Assembly (NCBI GenBank): GCA_965222375.1
Contig: CBDCTZ010000016.1
Location: 640,001-704,000, forward strand
Source: Polyangiaceae bacterium
GTDB lineage: Bacteria; Myxococcota_A; Polyangia; Polyangiales; Polyangiaceae
Reading direction: 5' to 3'
DNA length: 64,000 bases
The position numbers and the translations under genes are program-made. Within the stretch, counting starts at the first letter, position 1. Every line of letters begins with the position of its first letter. A model generated the notes under the pieces. That model made no database searches and was not told the DNA's origin. It was given only the letters and a program-made list of their open reading frames with translations. This document shows, piece by piece, positions 48,680 to 60,397 of this stretch.

Positions 48680-48985
48680 AGCCCAGCCGAGCAGGCATTG
48701 CCTGTCGCGGAGCCGCACCAACTAACCGCGAAACGTCACAGCCGCGCCACCCGTGCGGGCGCCGCCACCCCTCGACCCGTTGCTGCCGCTCGCCCCGCTT
48801 GCCACCCGTGCTCGCTCCCCCGCTGCTCGAGCCGCTACTGCCAGCTGCCCCGCTCCCTGACGCCGCTGCTGGTTCCCCCGCTTGCGCCGCCACTGCCGCT
48901 TGCGCCGCCACCGCCAGGGTTGCCGCTGTCATCGCTTCCGCACGCGCTCATGTCCAGCGCGCAGGCCTTGAACCATACTGACCAT
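48680..48985 (-). pseudogene. Frameshifted remnant of a Gly-rich lipoprotein
   Basis: SACGSDDSGNPGGGGASGSGG and SGAAGSSGSSSGG read in different frames. Confidence 0.5.
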
Positions 48986-49029
48986 CCCCTTTGCCAACGT
49001 GGACGCGGAGGTCGACAAGGTCACCGAGC

Positions 49030-49224
49030 CCTCCCAAGAAAGCAATCATCGCTGTCGCAGCCTCCATGCTGACCGCCACCTACCACATGCTCAGGGATGG
49101 CACTTTCTACCAGGACCTCGGCGCCGACTACTTCACTCGCCGCGACCAAGAGCGCACCACCCGTCGCCTGGTGCAAAAACTGACCAACCTCGGCTTCCAG
49201 GTCACCCTCAACCGAGCCGCCTAG
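49030..49224 (+). mobile_element. IS110-family transposase C-terminal remnant
   Basis: KKAIIAVAASMLTATYHMLRDGTFYQDLGADYF..RLVQKLTNLGFQVTL; the rest of the gene is absent. Confidence 0.8.
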
Positions 49225-49469
49225 AGAGCCCTTCTGTTTCTAGTGGCCCGGGTTGGCAAAGCGATGCGACCCCAAGACCAACAGCCTTCACACGACAGGT
49301 TCTGGCGTAACGTTGCGTTTGGTTCCAGCGCACCCCGGGGGTTTGCGCGAGAGCGGTCGCGACCCGCGTGGACGTGTGGTGCGTGCGCTCGAGGTCGGCA
49401 TGGCTTTCGCATCGCAGGTGAGTGCATGGCTGCGCTGTGCCGTAGTGTGCCAAAACCGGGAGTGCGAGG

Positions 49470-51542
49470 ATGTTTCGATCAGGAATGGGCGGCCGTGTGT
49501 CGCGGTGGGGATTTGCGGTTGCGGCGGCGGCCCTGTTTACGACGACCGCGCCGGAACACGCGGACGCGTGTGGGTGTTTGTCGCCCCCGCGTCCTGGTCC
49601 TGCGGACAGCGAGTTCGCGGTGAACCAGCAGTCGGAGCAGATCATCTTCGAAGTGGAGCCGGGATTCGTTACGGCCCATGTGTTGATTCGCTACGCAGGA
49701 GATCCGGCCAAGTTCGCCTGGATCGTGCCGGTGCCGGCGGTGCCGGAGCTCGGGTTGAGTGAAAGCCTGACCTTCGGGCTGCTGGACCAGGCGTCACAGC
49801 CGCGGCTGAATGTTGTCAACAAGTCCCTGTGTCCGGACCCGGAATACCGTTGCACGCAGCATCCGCCGCCGGATTGTCCTGGGTACTTTTCGCCCGGTGG
49901 TGGCGGATTCGGAGGGACCGGAGCCGCGAGTTCGGGAACGGGTGGCGCAACGGGATTCAGCGGAGCTGCTGGCGCAGCAGGCGCGAGCAGCGGCGGCGGT
50001 AGCGGTGTCACGGTGATCAAGAAGGAGCAGATCGGCTCCTATGAGACCGTGGTGTTTTCTGCCACCGACGCTCAGAAGACCGTGGATTGGCTTCAGTCCG
50101 AGGGCTTCATCGTCAATGACACCATGACGCCCTTCATGGCGCCGTACATCGCGGGCAAAATGCTGTTCGTCGCGAGCAAGTTGATTCCGGGAGCTGGGGC
50201 CGAGGAGATCAAGCCCTTGCGGATGAAATACGCGGCGAACAACCCGATGATTCCGCTGCAGCTCACAGCCGTGGCCGCCGAGCCCCATTTGACCGTGACG
50301 GCGTTCATTTTCGGCAAGGACTCCTTCGAGCCCGTCGGGCATCCGGTGGTGAAACTGGATCCGAAGCAGCTGACGGCGTCGGCGGACGGGCGCGTGAACT
50401 ACCCCATGCTGGTGGCGCGGTCGATTGATGACGCGGGGCGTGATGGCTTTGTCGTCGAGTACGACGCTGCTCCGCCGAAGCCGGCATTCTTGAATGAACC
50501 CTGCTGCACCGGTGGCGGGGACAACTGCGCCATTGGCAATGACAACGTGTGTCAGTGTCCGAACGCGGATTTCGACAAGGCGGACTGCGAAAAGACGGAG
50601 GGGCTGACGGAGGCCGCGGCCGAGTACGAGGCCCTCATAGCCAAGCATGGCCGGGTTACGCGCCTGACGACCCGGATTTCCCCAGAGGAGATGGACTTCG
50701 ACCCGGCGTTTCAGCCGGCCGCAAAGGCGAATGCCAGCGGGTTTTTGGTCCTGAACGGGGAGCGCAACCAGCTTGCTGGGTGCGAAGCCGACATCATTGA
50801 CAAGACGTCGTACTACGCCGCGGAGAAGCGGCAGTCTTGCGCCAGCGTGTATTGCGGTAAGGGAGAGTGCGCGACCACGCCGAAGGGTGCCGGATGCGTC
50901 TGCGACCTCGGACATGTTGCCCGTACCTTCACGGACTTGGACGGCAGGGAATCCGTCACCTGCGTGCCCGGAGTCGCGCCCGTGGACTTCGCAAAGGGTG
51001 GCGTCTTGCTGCCCAACGCCTGCGTGTTGGCCCAGTGCGGCACGGGTGCTTGCGTCGATGTTGGAGGCTTTCCGACGTGCAAGTGCGATCCAGGCACGGC
51101 TGCGGTGCAGGATCCAACGAGTCGCACCCCCGTGTGCACGAAGATCGAGGAGACGACCACAACCTCGGGAGCTAGGAACTACTCGGCGGTCTTGGAAGAT
51201 CTGAAGGTCTGCGCGCCACGACCGCCGCAGAGCTGCGGCAGGTGGGGATGGCTGATCGCGAACCAGTACAAGCAGCGGCAGGGCGAGATCTGCGACAGTT
51301 CGAAGCCGAAGTACGACACGTTGCTCACGCCGCCCAAGAAGCCAACCTGTGAGGAATACTACGGGCCGCGGCCGGGCGGTGGCACGGGGGCCACTGGTAC
51401 GAAGCCACCGAGCGATGCCATCGAAGCTGCTGGCGGAGGCTGCGCACTTTCGCAGAGCTCAGGGCGCACCGAGGCCCTCGGCGTGTTGTTGCTGAGCATG
51501 TTCGGCTTCGGCTGGCGGCGACGGCGGCGCCAGCCGCGTTAG
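49470..51542 (+). CDS. DUF2330 domain protein with EGF-like repeats and MYXO-CTERM-type sorting tail
   Basis: ACGC, FAWIVPVP, PMIPLQLTAVAA, TRLTT; GGGC-hydrophobic-RRRRQ C-terminus. Confidence 0.85.
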   Translation: MFRSGMGGRVSRWGFAVAAAALFTTTAPEHADACGCLSPPRPGPADSEFAVNQQSEQIIFEVEPGFVTAHVLIRYAGDPAKFAWIVPVPAVPELGLSESLTFGLLDQASQPRLNVVNKSLCPDPEYRCTQHPPPDCPGYFSPGGGGFGGTGAASSGTGGATGFSGAAGAAGASSGGGSGVTVIKKEQIGSYETVVFSATDAQKTVDWLQSEGFIVNDTMTPFMAPYIAGKMLFVASKLIPGAGAEEIKPLRMKYAANNPMIPLQLTAVAAEPHLTVTAFIFGKDSFEPVGHPVVKLDPKQLTASADGRVNYPMLVARSIDDAGRDGFVVEYDAAPPKPAFLNEPCCTGGGDNCAIGNDNVCQCPNADFDKADCEKTEGLTEAAAEYEALIAKHGRVTRLTTRISPEEMDFDPAFQPAAKANASGFLVLNGERNQLAGCEADIIDKTSYYAAEKRQSCASVYCGKGECATTPKGAGCVCDLGHVARTFTDLDGRESVTCVPGVAPVDFAKGGVLLPNACVLAQCGTGACVDVGGFPTCKCDPGTAAVQDPTSRTPVCTKIEETTTTSGARNYSAVLEDLKVCAPRPPQSCGRWGWLIANQYKQRQGEICDSSKPKYDTLLTPPKKPTCEEYYGPRPGGGTGATGTKPPSDAIEAAGGGCALSQSSGRTEALGVLLLSMFGFGWRRRRRQPR

Positions 51543-51711
51543 GGGCAATCCTGGGGGCGTTTGGCCTCGACGCTTGTCGCGCGGAGCCGGGTGGCTATCG
51601 CTGCCAGGGGACGATTCGATCCGCAGCGCCGCTGCCCGACCCGGGTGGCGGCGCCGCCCTTGGAATGCGCGGCGAGGCACGCTAGAGCCTGGAGCTGGAG
51701 GTTGTCTCAAA

Positions 51712-52821
<1,110 letters not shown>

Positions 52822-52863
52822 CCTTCGCGCTGGCGTTATCGATGCCGAGGCAGGAGCTTTGGG

Positions 52864-54984
52864 CTAGGGGTTTTCCTTCAAGCGTTTCAGTTGCGCCTTG
52901 AGTTCCGCGTCCTGGGGCTTCTGCTCCAGGGCCCGAGTGACCTCGCCGATGGCACTCGCGTTCATGCCGCAAAGTTCGTAGAGCTTGGCGAGGGTGATGC
53001 GGTGGGTCACCACACGTGGCGCGAGTCGAACCGCCTCGCGCCCCGGTCCGATCCCACGCTTGGGTTCGCCTGTGTTCGAAAAACACTCCGCGATGCGCCG
53101 CAGGGGCTCGGCGTCGCCTTTGCGAGCTCTGCTGACCCGTTCCCAGGAATCCGCCGCCGATTCCCAATCGCCGTTCTTCTCCTCATAACGGGCGCGGGAC
53201 TCGTAGCTCTCGGCGAGCTGTACCGCGGCCTTTTCGTCAGCGCGGTCGTACAGTTCCCGGAGCTCCTCATCGTTGGGTGCCAAGGTCAATGCGATGCGCA
53301 ACGCATTGACCGCGGAGACCCAGGCTTCTTCTTCCAGGGCGTCTTTGCCGGCCTTGACGAATTTGGCGATCTGAGGGTTTCGGCGAGCCTCGGCGAATCG
53401 TTTCAGCGACTCTGCGACCGCTTTCTGATCAACGGCTGGCGTTTCCTTGCCCGACTCGCTGACGGCGTTCCCGCGCGTCGTCGCTTTTCCGTCTTTGACG
53501 ACCTCATTCCAGCGCGTCGTCACTTTGCCGCCCGCCAAGCGCCGCGCCAGCGCCTGGCTTCGAGCGTCCGCGCTCACCCCCGGTTTGGGCGATGCGCTAA
53601 CATCCGGTTGGGGTGACACGTTCGCTCCGGGTGCTGGGGCCGCGGGCGGCTCGTTGATGATGATCGGAGGTGGTTCGTTGGGCGGTGGCGGTGGGGGAAT
53701 CGACGTCATCACCGCGTCGAGGGCCCGCGTGGCCTGGCGCGCCTCCAGGTAGGCGTCGTATTCCGCGCGAGTGGCCTTGCGGGTCAGGATCTCGCTGGCC
53801 TCGGTCAAGGTCTGAAATATCTTCTCCAGTTTGGACCTGTAATCCCCCAGTTCGCGGCGGAAGTACTTGTCGGGGTGAAAGAATGCGATCAGCTCGAAGT
53901 ACGCCTTCTTGATCACCTTCTTGGGGGCGTCTGAGGCGACGCTCAATAGTTCGTAGTGTGTCGCCGACTCGAGCTGTTCGAAGATCGCGTTGATGCGTAG
54001 ACGTTGCTCGGCGTCCAGGTCGATGTCTGCGCTTTCGGTGCTCTTGGCCGCGGCCGCCCCGCCGGTGTTCATCGACTCGATCAGATCGATGGCCGGTGCT
54101 GCCGCTCGCAGCTTCACATCGGCCGACAGGGGCCTCGCTAGCTTGGTCGAGGCTGCCTTGTTCTTGGGTCTGCTCGGTCCCGGACGCTCGTGGATGTCGC
54201 TGGAGGGACGGTTCGCCTTCTTGGCAGTGAAGACTCTCTCTTCGAAGTGGGAGCCGGCGGTGTTGGTTCCGTCGCGTCGCGGATCGCTGCTTCGCCTGGT
54301 GGCTTCTGCGGTGCGGCCATGGGCGCTCCGAGTTGTGGCGAGCTCCGTTTGCGGCTCCTGGCGGGGGTCGGATGACGTGCGTGTGGGCTCCACGCGGGGA
54401 TCCACATGGTCGGATGTTTCGTGCGTGGGTTCCTCGCTCCGAGGGTCGACGCGGGCGGATGTCCGGCGTCCGGGTTCCTCGCGAAGGTCGACGCGGCCGG
54501 CTTTCCCTCGCTCGGGCCGTTCACGTCGCAGATCGGTTGGCGGGACTGTGTCGTCGCGCCGAGGGTCCCGGGCGACAACGACATCCTGCGTGATCGGGCC
54601 CGTTGACCTGGCGCCTCGAGCGACGGGCCGTTCGCGTCGGGGCTCCCGCGCCGGGCCGGTGCCATTCGTCTTGTCGGCTGCGGGAGGCGGGTCTGACGGT
54701 TCGCGTCGTGGATCCACGCGGGCAGCGGCTCGGGCTCCAGGGCGCACTGACGGCGGAGAGACGCCGCCGTAAGCAACAGCACCGAGCTGCTCGAGCCGTT
54801 CCAAGGTGCGCTGCACTGCCTCCTTGTCCAGGCCCGTCAGCTCGCTGACTTCGCTCGGTCGGGTTCGGCCATCTAGCTGGGACAAGACGAAGGCGTCCTC
54901 GGGGGACAGAGGCAGTTCGGCAATGCGTACCCCCTCTGCACGCCGTGGCACCCAGTCTTCTTTGCTGCCCTCGCCTGCGCGCAC
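52864..54984 (-). CDS. J-domain (DnaJ-like) and TPR protein
   Basis: HYELL..IKKAYF..FHPDK; C-terminal TPRs; long disordered linker. Confidence 0.85.
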   Translation of the reverse strand: MRAGEGSKEDWVPRRAEGVRIAELPLSPEDAFVLSQLDGRTRPSEVSELTGLDKEAVQRTLERLEQLGAVAYGGVSPPSVRPGARAAARVDPRREPSDPPPAADKTNGTGPAREPRRERPVARGARSTGPITQDVVVARDPRRDDTVPPTDLRRERPERGKAGRVDLREEPGRRTSARVDPRSEEPTHETSDHVDPRVEPTRTSSDPRQEPQTELATTRSAHGRTAEATRRSSDPRRDGTNTAGSHFEERVFTAKKANRPSSDIHERPGPSRPKNKAASTKLARPLSADVKLRAAAPAIDLIESMNTGGAAAAKSTESADIDLDAEQRLRINAIFEQLESATHYELLSVASDAPKKVIKKAYFELIAFFHPDKYFRRELGDYRSKLEKIFQTLTEASEILTRKATRAEYDAYLEARQATRALDAVMTSIPPPPPPNEPPPIIINEPPAAPAPGANVSPQPDVSASPKPGVSADARSQALARRLAGGKVTTRWNEVVKDGKATTRGNAVSESGKETPAVDQKAVAESLKRFAEARRNPQIAKFVKAGKDALEEEAWVSAVNALRIALTLAPNDEELRELYDRADEKAAVQLAESYESRARYEEKNGDWESAADSWERVSRARKGDAEPLRRIAECFSNTGEPKRGIGPGREAVRLAPRVVTHRITLAKLYELCGMNASAIGEVTRALEQKPQDAELKAQLKRLKENP

Positions 54985-55047
54985 TACTAATCATGATAGA
55001 CGATTTTTGGTGCGGCCATTTGAGGATCCGGCTTGGCAGACGGATGT

Positions 55048-56292
55048 TCAGAACATCCAGCCCACGGACAGCTCCCCATAGGGCTCCAATTCAGCCAGTT
55101 TGTCCGCCTCGTCGTTCAAATCGTTGCGGAGCTTGGTCGCACTTGCGCCGGGAAATCCGGGATCCGCCGTGACATCTGGACCCGCGAGGTCGTTCAGGTG
55201 GAACAGCAGCCCCAGCATGATGCCCAGGCGTAGACCGGGCCCCGGGCCGTTGGGACGGTAGCCATAGCCGAGGCCAGCGTGCGCGATGAAGGGCGTCGTG
55301 GTGTTGCTGTAGTCAAAGTCGTTTCCGGCTCCGTCATCCGCCGTCGAATCGATGTTGTAGTGGGTGAAGCCGATGCCCACGTCCAAAATGGGCGCATGCA
55401 CGTCAAAGAAGTAGACTCGCGCTCGGATGGGTACGGTCAATGACCAGTAGCTACCGTCGGCGTCGCCCGCTGCGCTCTCAGCGTCGAAGTTCCCCAAACC
55501 GAGGCCCACGCCCAATGATAGCTCGAGCCAGTCGAGGCAGGGCTGTACGGCGCCGTTGAGATTCACCCAAGAGTTCGGCCCCAGCACGCCCAAACGTGGG
55601 CCGAACAACCACTCGCATTCCTTTTTTGCCTCCTTGGCAGGAGGCTCCTCTTTCTCTTCGGGTTCGGCTGTCGGCTCGTCTGGCTCTTCCGGGATGCTCT
55701 CGCCGCCCTCGGTGACTTGGAACACCACGCGACGGTTCTTGGCCCAGGGGCCCTCGCAAGGGGTCGTATCTTCGGGCTCCCGGTCGTTGCACTCGGCGGG
55801 TTCCGGGACCTGCGGTTCGTCTTCACCCTTGCCCACGGATGTCACTCGGTCTTCGGCAATGCCGTTGTCGAGGAGCCACTGGCGAACACTAGCGGCGCGC
55901 CGGTCGGACAGTCTGCGGTTGTATTCATCCGAGCCGCGGGAGTCGGTATGGCCCTCGACGGAGATCTTCACGCCCGGGTTCTTGTTGAGGAATCTCTCGA
56001 ATTCCCCAAGTGTGCGAGTCGTTTCCGCGTCACTCCGGATCTCAGCGCGGTTGTATTCGAAGTTGATGACGCCTTCGTAGTCCAGCTTGCCCTCTTCGTA
56101 GCGAATCGCCGGGCCTTGGCGGGCACTGTCACCGCTTTCTTCACCAGAATCCGTTTCCAGGCTGGCGTCGCCCTCTAGCTTGGATTCGCCGCCAGTCTCG
56201 GCCTTGCCGGAAGCGCTGGCAGAAAAGGAACAGCCTCCGGTGCAGGCACCGAGGACAATCAACGCGAAGGCAGCCCAACTCGTCTTTTTCAT
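55048..56292 (-). CDS. OmpA-family lipoprotein with N-terminal OmpA domain and C-terminal beta-barrel-like domain
   Basis: EGHTDSRGSDEYNRRLSDRRA, NRRV; terminal LSVGWMF. Confidence 0.85.
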   Translation of the reverse strand: MKKTSWAAFALIVLGACTGGCSFSASASGKAETGGESKLEGDASLETDSGEESGDSARQGPAIRYEEGKLDYEGVINFEYNRAEIRSDAETTRTLGEFERFLNKNPGVKISVEGHTDSRGSDEYNRRLSDRRAASVRQWLLDNGIAEDRVTSVGKGEDEPQVPEPAECNDREPEDTTPCEGPWAKNRRVVFQVTEGGESIPEEPDEPTAEPEEKEEPPAKEAKKECEWLFGPRLGVLGPNSWVNLNGAVQPCLDWLELSLGVGLGLGNFDAESAAGDADGSYWSLTVPIRARVYFFDVHAPILDVGIGFTHYNIDSTADDGAGNDFDYSNTTTPFIAHAGLGYGYRPNGPGPGLRLGIMLGLLFHLNDLAGPDVTADPGFPGASATKLRNDLNDEADKLAELEPYGELSVGWMF

Positions 56293-56540
56293 GGCGCGAC
56301 ATCATACGCACAATTTGGAGGCCACATCCCTGGAAGACGCAGCTCAAATTGTCGCTAAAAGGACTGGAAGATGGGAGTTTTATTGAAGAAAAGTGCCTCG
56401 GAGCCCGCCGGCTTCGGTGGGGGGGATACCGGTCCAAGCGCGCCGTACAGCGCGCGGAGACATCACCGACGACTCCGAGACATCAAGCAGACACGGCTGC
56501 AGCCCGAAAGGTAACAAACTTCTTTCGGAGCGCCCCGGGG

Positions 56541-57242
56541 TCAGATTTGGCCCCGCCAGCCGCCCCGGAGCTCCTGGCTGAACGGATCAGCGCGGTCGTT
56601 TTCCCAGAAAGCCACGCCGACGCCGGCGGTGAGTTGCTCGAAGCCGCCAACTATCTGTCGATAGGCGTAGATGTCCAGCATGAGCGAATGACCAATGGGG
56701 ACGAGGGCACCGAAGCGTGGACCTATGCCGACGCTGAAGGCCGTGAGTGCGTTGGTCCCCACGTGTCCGTGAGATGCCGTCTGGGTTTCGACCTGCGCTT
56801 GCAACACGTGGAAGGACAGTCGGGCATCGATGTAGGGATAGACCGGGCCCTGCTTGATTTCGTGACCCACGAAGACCTCCGAAGATGTTCCCCACAATTG
56901 GGTGAGTTTTGCGGAGACGCCCCAGGGCAGACTGTCGAGGCGGAGACCCGTGTTGCTGAAGCCATACACGGCTGACCCCACGCCAAAGCGCCAGTCGTCC
57001 GTTAGCAGTTCTCCCCGTACCCCAATGCCCTCGAAGGTCCCCTGACCGTGCAGCCTCGGGCGGCGATCTGTCAGGAGCTTCGGGGCGCTCAAAGCCGCCG
57101 GCGTCGTCAGCTCAACGCCGTCCAGGTCCCCTTGGCCTAGGACATAGTGCAATTGGCCGCCGAAGGTGTCTGCCGTCGCAGGTTGGGCGCAGGCCAGCAC
57201 GGCAATGCCGACGGGCAGGGGGAGTGCTTTGGCCATGTACAT
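56541..57242 (-). CDS. Putative outer-membrane beta-barrel protein
   Basis: Signal peptide and amphipathic beta-strands. Confidence 0.6.
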   Translation of the reverse strand: MYMAKALPLPVGIAVLACAQPATADTFGGQLHYVLGQGDLDGVELTTPAALSAPKLLTDRRPRLHGQGTFEGIGVRGELLTDDWRFGVGSAVYGFSNTGLRLDSLPWGVSAKLTQLWGTSSEVFVGHEIKQGPVYPYIDARLSFHVLQAQVETQTASHGHVGTNALTAFSVGIGPRFGALVPIGHSLMLDIYAYRQIVGGFEQLTAGVGVAFWENDRADPFSQELRGGWRGQI

Positions 57243-57352
57243 GCTCTGCTACGCCCGCGGTCGGGCCGTTGATCCCCTGACACGTTGGCCAGCCGAGTCC
57301 TTTGCCCCGCTGGATGCTGAATCGGCGTGGAAAATCGTGCTAGGAGCGGAGC

Positions 57353-58153
57353 ATGCGCTTGGCTGCCCTTCTGCTGGCGGTGTGCCTACTGGGCTCAGCG
57401 AGTTCGTCCGGTGCTGCCCCGGCCGTTCCGAGCGGCGGTGGTGGTACACCGGTTGAGGCCAAAGCGGGCAAGCCCTGGTGCACGCCAAACGTCGAGGCTT
57501 TGAGCGACGGCATGTGCCACTTCGTTCCCGATGCGGCTCAACCTCCGGATACTCTGGTCATCTTCCTTCACGGGGTGGTCAAAGTCGGAACTACCTGGCA
57601 GTACGCCCAAGAGCTGGCCATGAAGCGTCTGGCCAAGGCGAATCGCTTCGAGGTGCTCATGCCTCGAGGTCGCAAAGGCGCTGGAAGCAAACGCTTTCAC
57701 GATCACTACACCTGGCCGACGTTCTCGAGAGCCCAGAAGAAGCTTGAAGCCGAAGTGATTCAAGAGTGGATGGACGCCAAGGCCCTGCTGGAGGCACGCA
57801 ACGGTCGCCCCTTCGCCAACGTCTACGTCTTTGGTTTCTCAGCGGGTGCCTATTACGCCGCTTCGCTGTTGCTCCGAGGGCGCTTGCGGGTGCAGGGATA
57901 CGGCATCTTCGCGGGCGGTGGCGCACCCAAGCATGTGGCCCGCTGGGGCCGAGGCACTCACCCGAAAGTCCCTGTTTACGTTGGTTGGGGAAAAAAGGAC
58001 CGCGCCAGAAAGGACCCCATTCGTCTGGCCGCGGCGCTGCGCAAGATGAAGTGGAAGTACCGGGCCATTGGCCGACGGCGGGTCGGGCACAGCATGACTG
58101 ACGCCCAAGTGCGCGAAGCCGTCGAGTTTCTGCGCAAAGCTCGCCTACGCTGA
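57353..58153 (+). CDS. Secreted alpha/beta hydrolase (esterase-like)
   Basis: IFLHG, GFSAG nucleophile elbow, D and GH triad candidates. Confidence 0.8.
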   Translation: MRLAALLLAVCLLGSASSSGAAPAVPSGGGGTPVEAKAGKPWCTPNVEALSDGMCHFVPDAAQPPDTLVIFLHGVVKVGTTWQYAQELAMKRLAKANRFEVLMPRGRKGAGSKRFHDHYTWPTFSRAQKKLEAEVIQEWMDAKALLEARNGRPFANVYVFGFSAGAYYAASLLLRGRLRVQGYGIFAGGGAPKHVARWGRGTHPKVPVYVGWGKKDRARKDPIRLAAALRKMKWKYRAIGRRRVGHSMTDAQVREAVEFLRKARLR

Positions 58154-58250
58154 CTCTCACCGAAGCGCGACCCCAGCTGCATCGCGCAAGCCCTCAATGG
58201 GGCGCGGGCGAAGGCGTCGCCCATGGTGTCGGCGACCGCCTTGCCACAGC

Positions 58251-59222
58251 TCAGGGTGCGCCCTTTTTTGGCGTCTTGGCTTCAGGGAAGATCAACACGT
58301 AGCTCTTCGGGGCAACGCGAAAAAGCACGGTCTTCTTGCCGAGCTTGCTGCGATCGTAGTGGGCGTACCAGGGCAGTGCGCGCCAGGTGTCCGTGTCTTT
58401 GATGAACTCCGGCACAATCAAGTCGAGTTCGACGTAGCGGCCTCCGGTCTTTTCCGACAGGGCTGGCCCGAAGGTCCAGGATTCACGACCGGGGCGCGGA
58501 GTCATGTCGTTGTGCAGGGCGCCGCCGTAGGCAACCACCATGGCCTTCTTGCCATCCTTGTCGTTCAGCGCCACGAGGTGCTCGACCTTCTCCCTCGCCA
58601 AGCGAGCGATGGTGCCGAGCATCACACCGATGTCTCCGCTACCGGCCTCGGTGATTCGCGTCAGGTCTTCGCAAGTGGGGCGCAGGATATCTGGGACAAT
58701 GCCATGTTTGCGCGCCGTCTGCCCCAAGACCAGGTATTGGTTCTGATTGTTCTTCGCTTGAGGCTTCGTGACAGGCGCTTGCCGTTTGGCGACCTTGCGC
58801 TTCTTGTCTTCACAGCCTGCATTGGGGAGCATCAACTCTACGATCAGATCGCTGGTCCTGCCCTTGAGAACAGGCAGGAAGTCTTCAGTGAACCGCTTCG
58901 TGGTCGAGGGCACATGCTCCATGCCCTTCAGGGCGTGGGACTCGCCGACTCCGAGCACGATCGGATCTTCGTCGAGCACTTCTGCCAGAGCCGCAATCGG
59001 AGACGGATATGTCCGACAGTCCAAGGCGCCGCATCGGTTGTCGGGTTTGTCCTCCGCCTTGGCAGTCGCAGTCGGCGCTGCAGGTGCTGTCGTCGCCGCC
59101 GGGGGGGCCTTGGCCTCGGGTGCTTGGGGTGAACACCCGAGCGGGGTGATGAGCCACAAACCCAGGCACAGGCGTCGCGTCAGGTCGTTTCGGCAGGGCA
59201 TGGATGAGCGCGAGGTTACCAC
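58251..59222 (-). CDS. Hypothetical lipoprotein
   Basis: PLGC lipobox-like; VGESH and YGGALHND motifs. Confidence 0.7.
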   Translation of the reverse strand: MVTSRSSMPCRNDLTRRLCLGLWLITPLGCSPQAPEAKAPPAATTAPAAPTATAKAEDKPDNRCGALDCRTYPSPIAALAEVLDEDPIVLGVGESHALKGMEHVPSTTKRFTEDFLPVLKGRTSDLIVELMLPNAGCEDKKRKVAKRQAPVTKPQAKNNQNQYLVLGQTARKHGIVPDILRPTCEDLTRITEAGSGDIGVMLGTIARLAREKVEHLVALNDKDGKKAMVVAYGGALHNDMTPRPGRESWTFGPALSEKTGGRYVELDLIVPEFIKDTDTWRALPWYAHYDRSKLGKKTVLFRVAPKSYVLIFPEAKTPKKGAP

Positions 59223-59324
59223 CCAGGGATCGACAACCCAACGCCCCGAAAGTTTTGATTTCCGCTAACCACTCGCCACAAAACTGGAACGCCAGGCGAT
59301 GCGTGCTAACGCTGGGGCCGGCTA

Positions 59325-60293
59325 ATGCGCGGGCGTTTCGGGAAATACGCCACTCGATTGCGAGGCGGGGCGACGATCTTGGGCGCTGGTCTGCTCCTGC
59401 TGGCGCTGGCGCCACCCAGCGCAGAGGCGGCTCGGCGAGGCTGCCGAGCGGGCATGGTGAGCGTCCGCGGCAAGTTCTGCATCGACGCCTACGAGGCGAC
59501 GGTGGATGTGGTGAACTCGCGCGGAGTTACCCGGCGCAGGCACTCGCCCTACCATACCCCTAAACCTGGCGAGCGGTTACGGGCCCGAAGCCGGCGGGGT
59601 GTGACACCGCAAGCCCATATCAGTCAAGAAGAGGCCGCGCGGGCGTGCGAGGCCGCGGGAAAGCGGCTCTGCACGGACGCCGAGTGGGTGGAAGCCTGCA
59701 AGGGTCGGCAACCAACGACTTACCCCTATGGAGACGAGCACATACCCGGTCGCTGTAACGACAAGGGGGTGTCGCCCCTTCGAGTGATTCACGGAAAGAG
59801 GGAAGGTGCGGCGGTGTTCGGAATCGCGGCCATGAACGACCCCCGCCTCAACCGAGTCAAGGGCTCGCTAGCGCGTACCGGCAAGTTCAGACGCTGCCGG
59901 AATAGCTTTGGCGCCTACGACATGGTGGGCAACCTGCACGAGTGGACGGCGAATCCGTCTGGCGTGTTTCGTGGCGGGTACTACTTGGACAACGAGAACC
60001 ACGGCCCCGGCTGCATGTACAAGACCACTGGCCACAACACGAAATACCGCGACTACTCGATCGGATTCCGCTGCTGCAAGGGCGGCGCGGGGGATGCCGT
60101 GGTCAAGAAGCAGCGAGCCAACGCCAAGAAGAAGAAGCGTCGCCGCGGCCCGAAGTCCCACATGGTTTCCAAAGGCGACAGCCTGTGGGGAATCGCCAAG
60201 AAACATGACGTGTCCGTGGCAGAGCTGTGTAAGAAGAACCAGATCTCCCCCAAGGACCCCATCGTCCCCGGGCAAGAGTTGTTGTTGCCCTGA
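59325..60293 (+). CDS. SUMF1/FGE-like protein with C-terminal LysM domain
   Basis: FCIDAYEA, YDMVGNLHEW, IGFRCC; HMVSKGDSLWGIAKKHDVSVAEL..PGQELLLP. Confidence 0.88.
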   Translation: MRGRFGKYATRLRGGATILGAGLLLLALAPPSAEAARRGCRAGMVSVRGKFCIDAYEATVDVVNSRGVTRRRHSPYHTPKPGERLRARSRRGVTPQAHISQEEAARACEAAGKRLCTDAEWVEACKGRQPTTYPYGDEHIPGRCNDKGVSPLRVIHGKREGAAVFGIAAMNDPRLNRVKGSLARTGKFRRCRNSFGAYDMVGNLHEWTANPSGVFRGGYYLDNENHGPGCMYKTTGHNTKYRDYSIGFRCCKGGAGDAVVKKQRANAKKKKRRRGPKSHMVSKGDSLWGIAKKHDVSVAELCKKNQISPKDPIVPGQELLLP

Positions 60294-60397
60294 CAGGTGT
60301 CGTGCTTCCCGGCGACCATGACGGGCGTCAAAGCGAGGCCGTGTTGGGCGTGGCGGGTCCGCAAAAACCGGTGTGATACGAGCGCTCCGGCGTCGGG

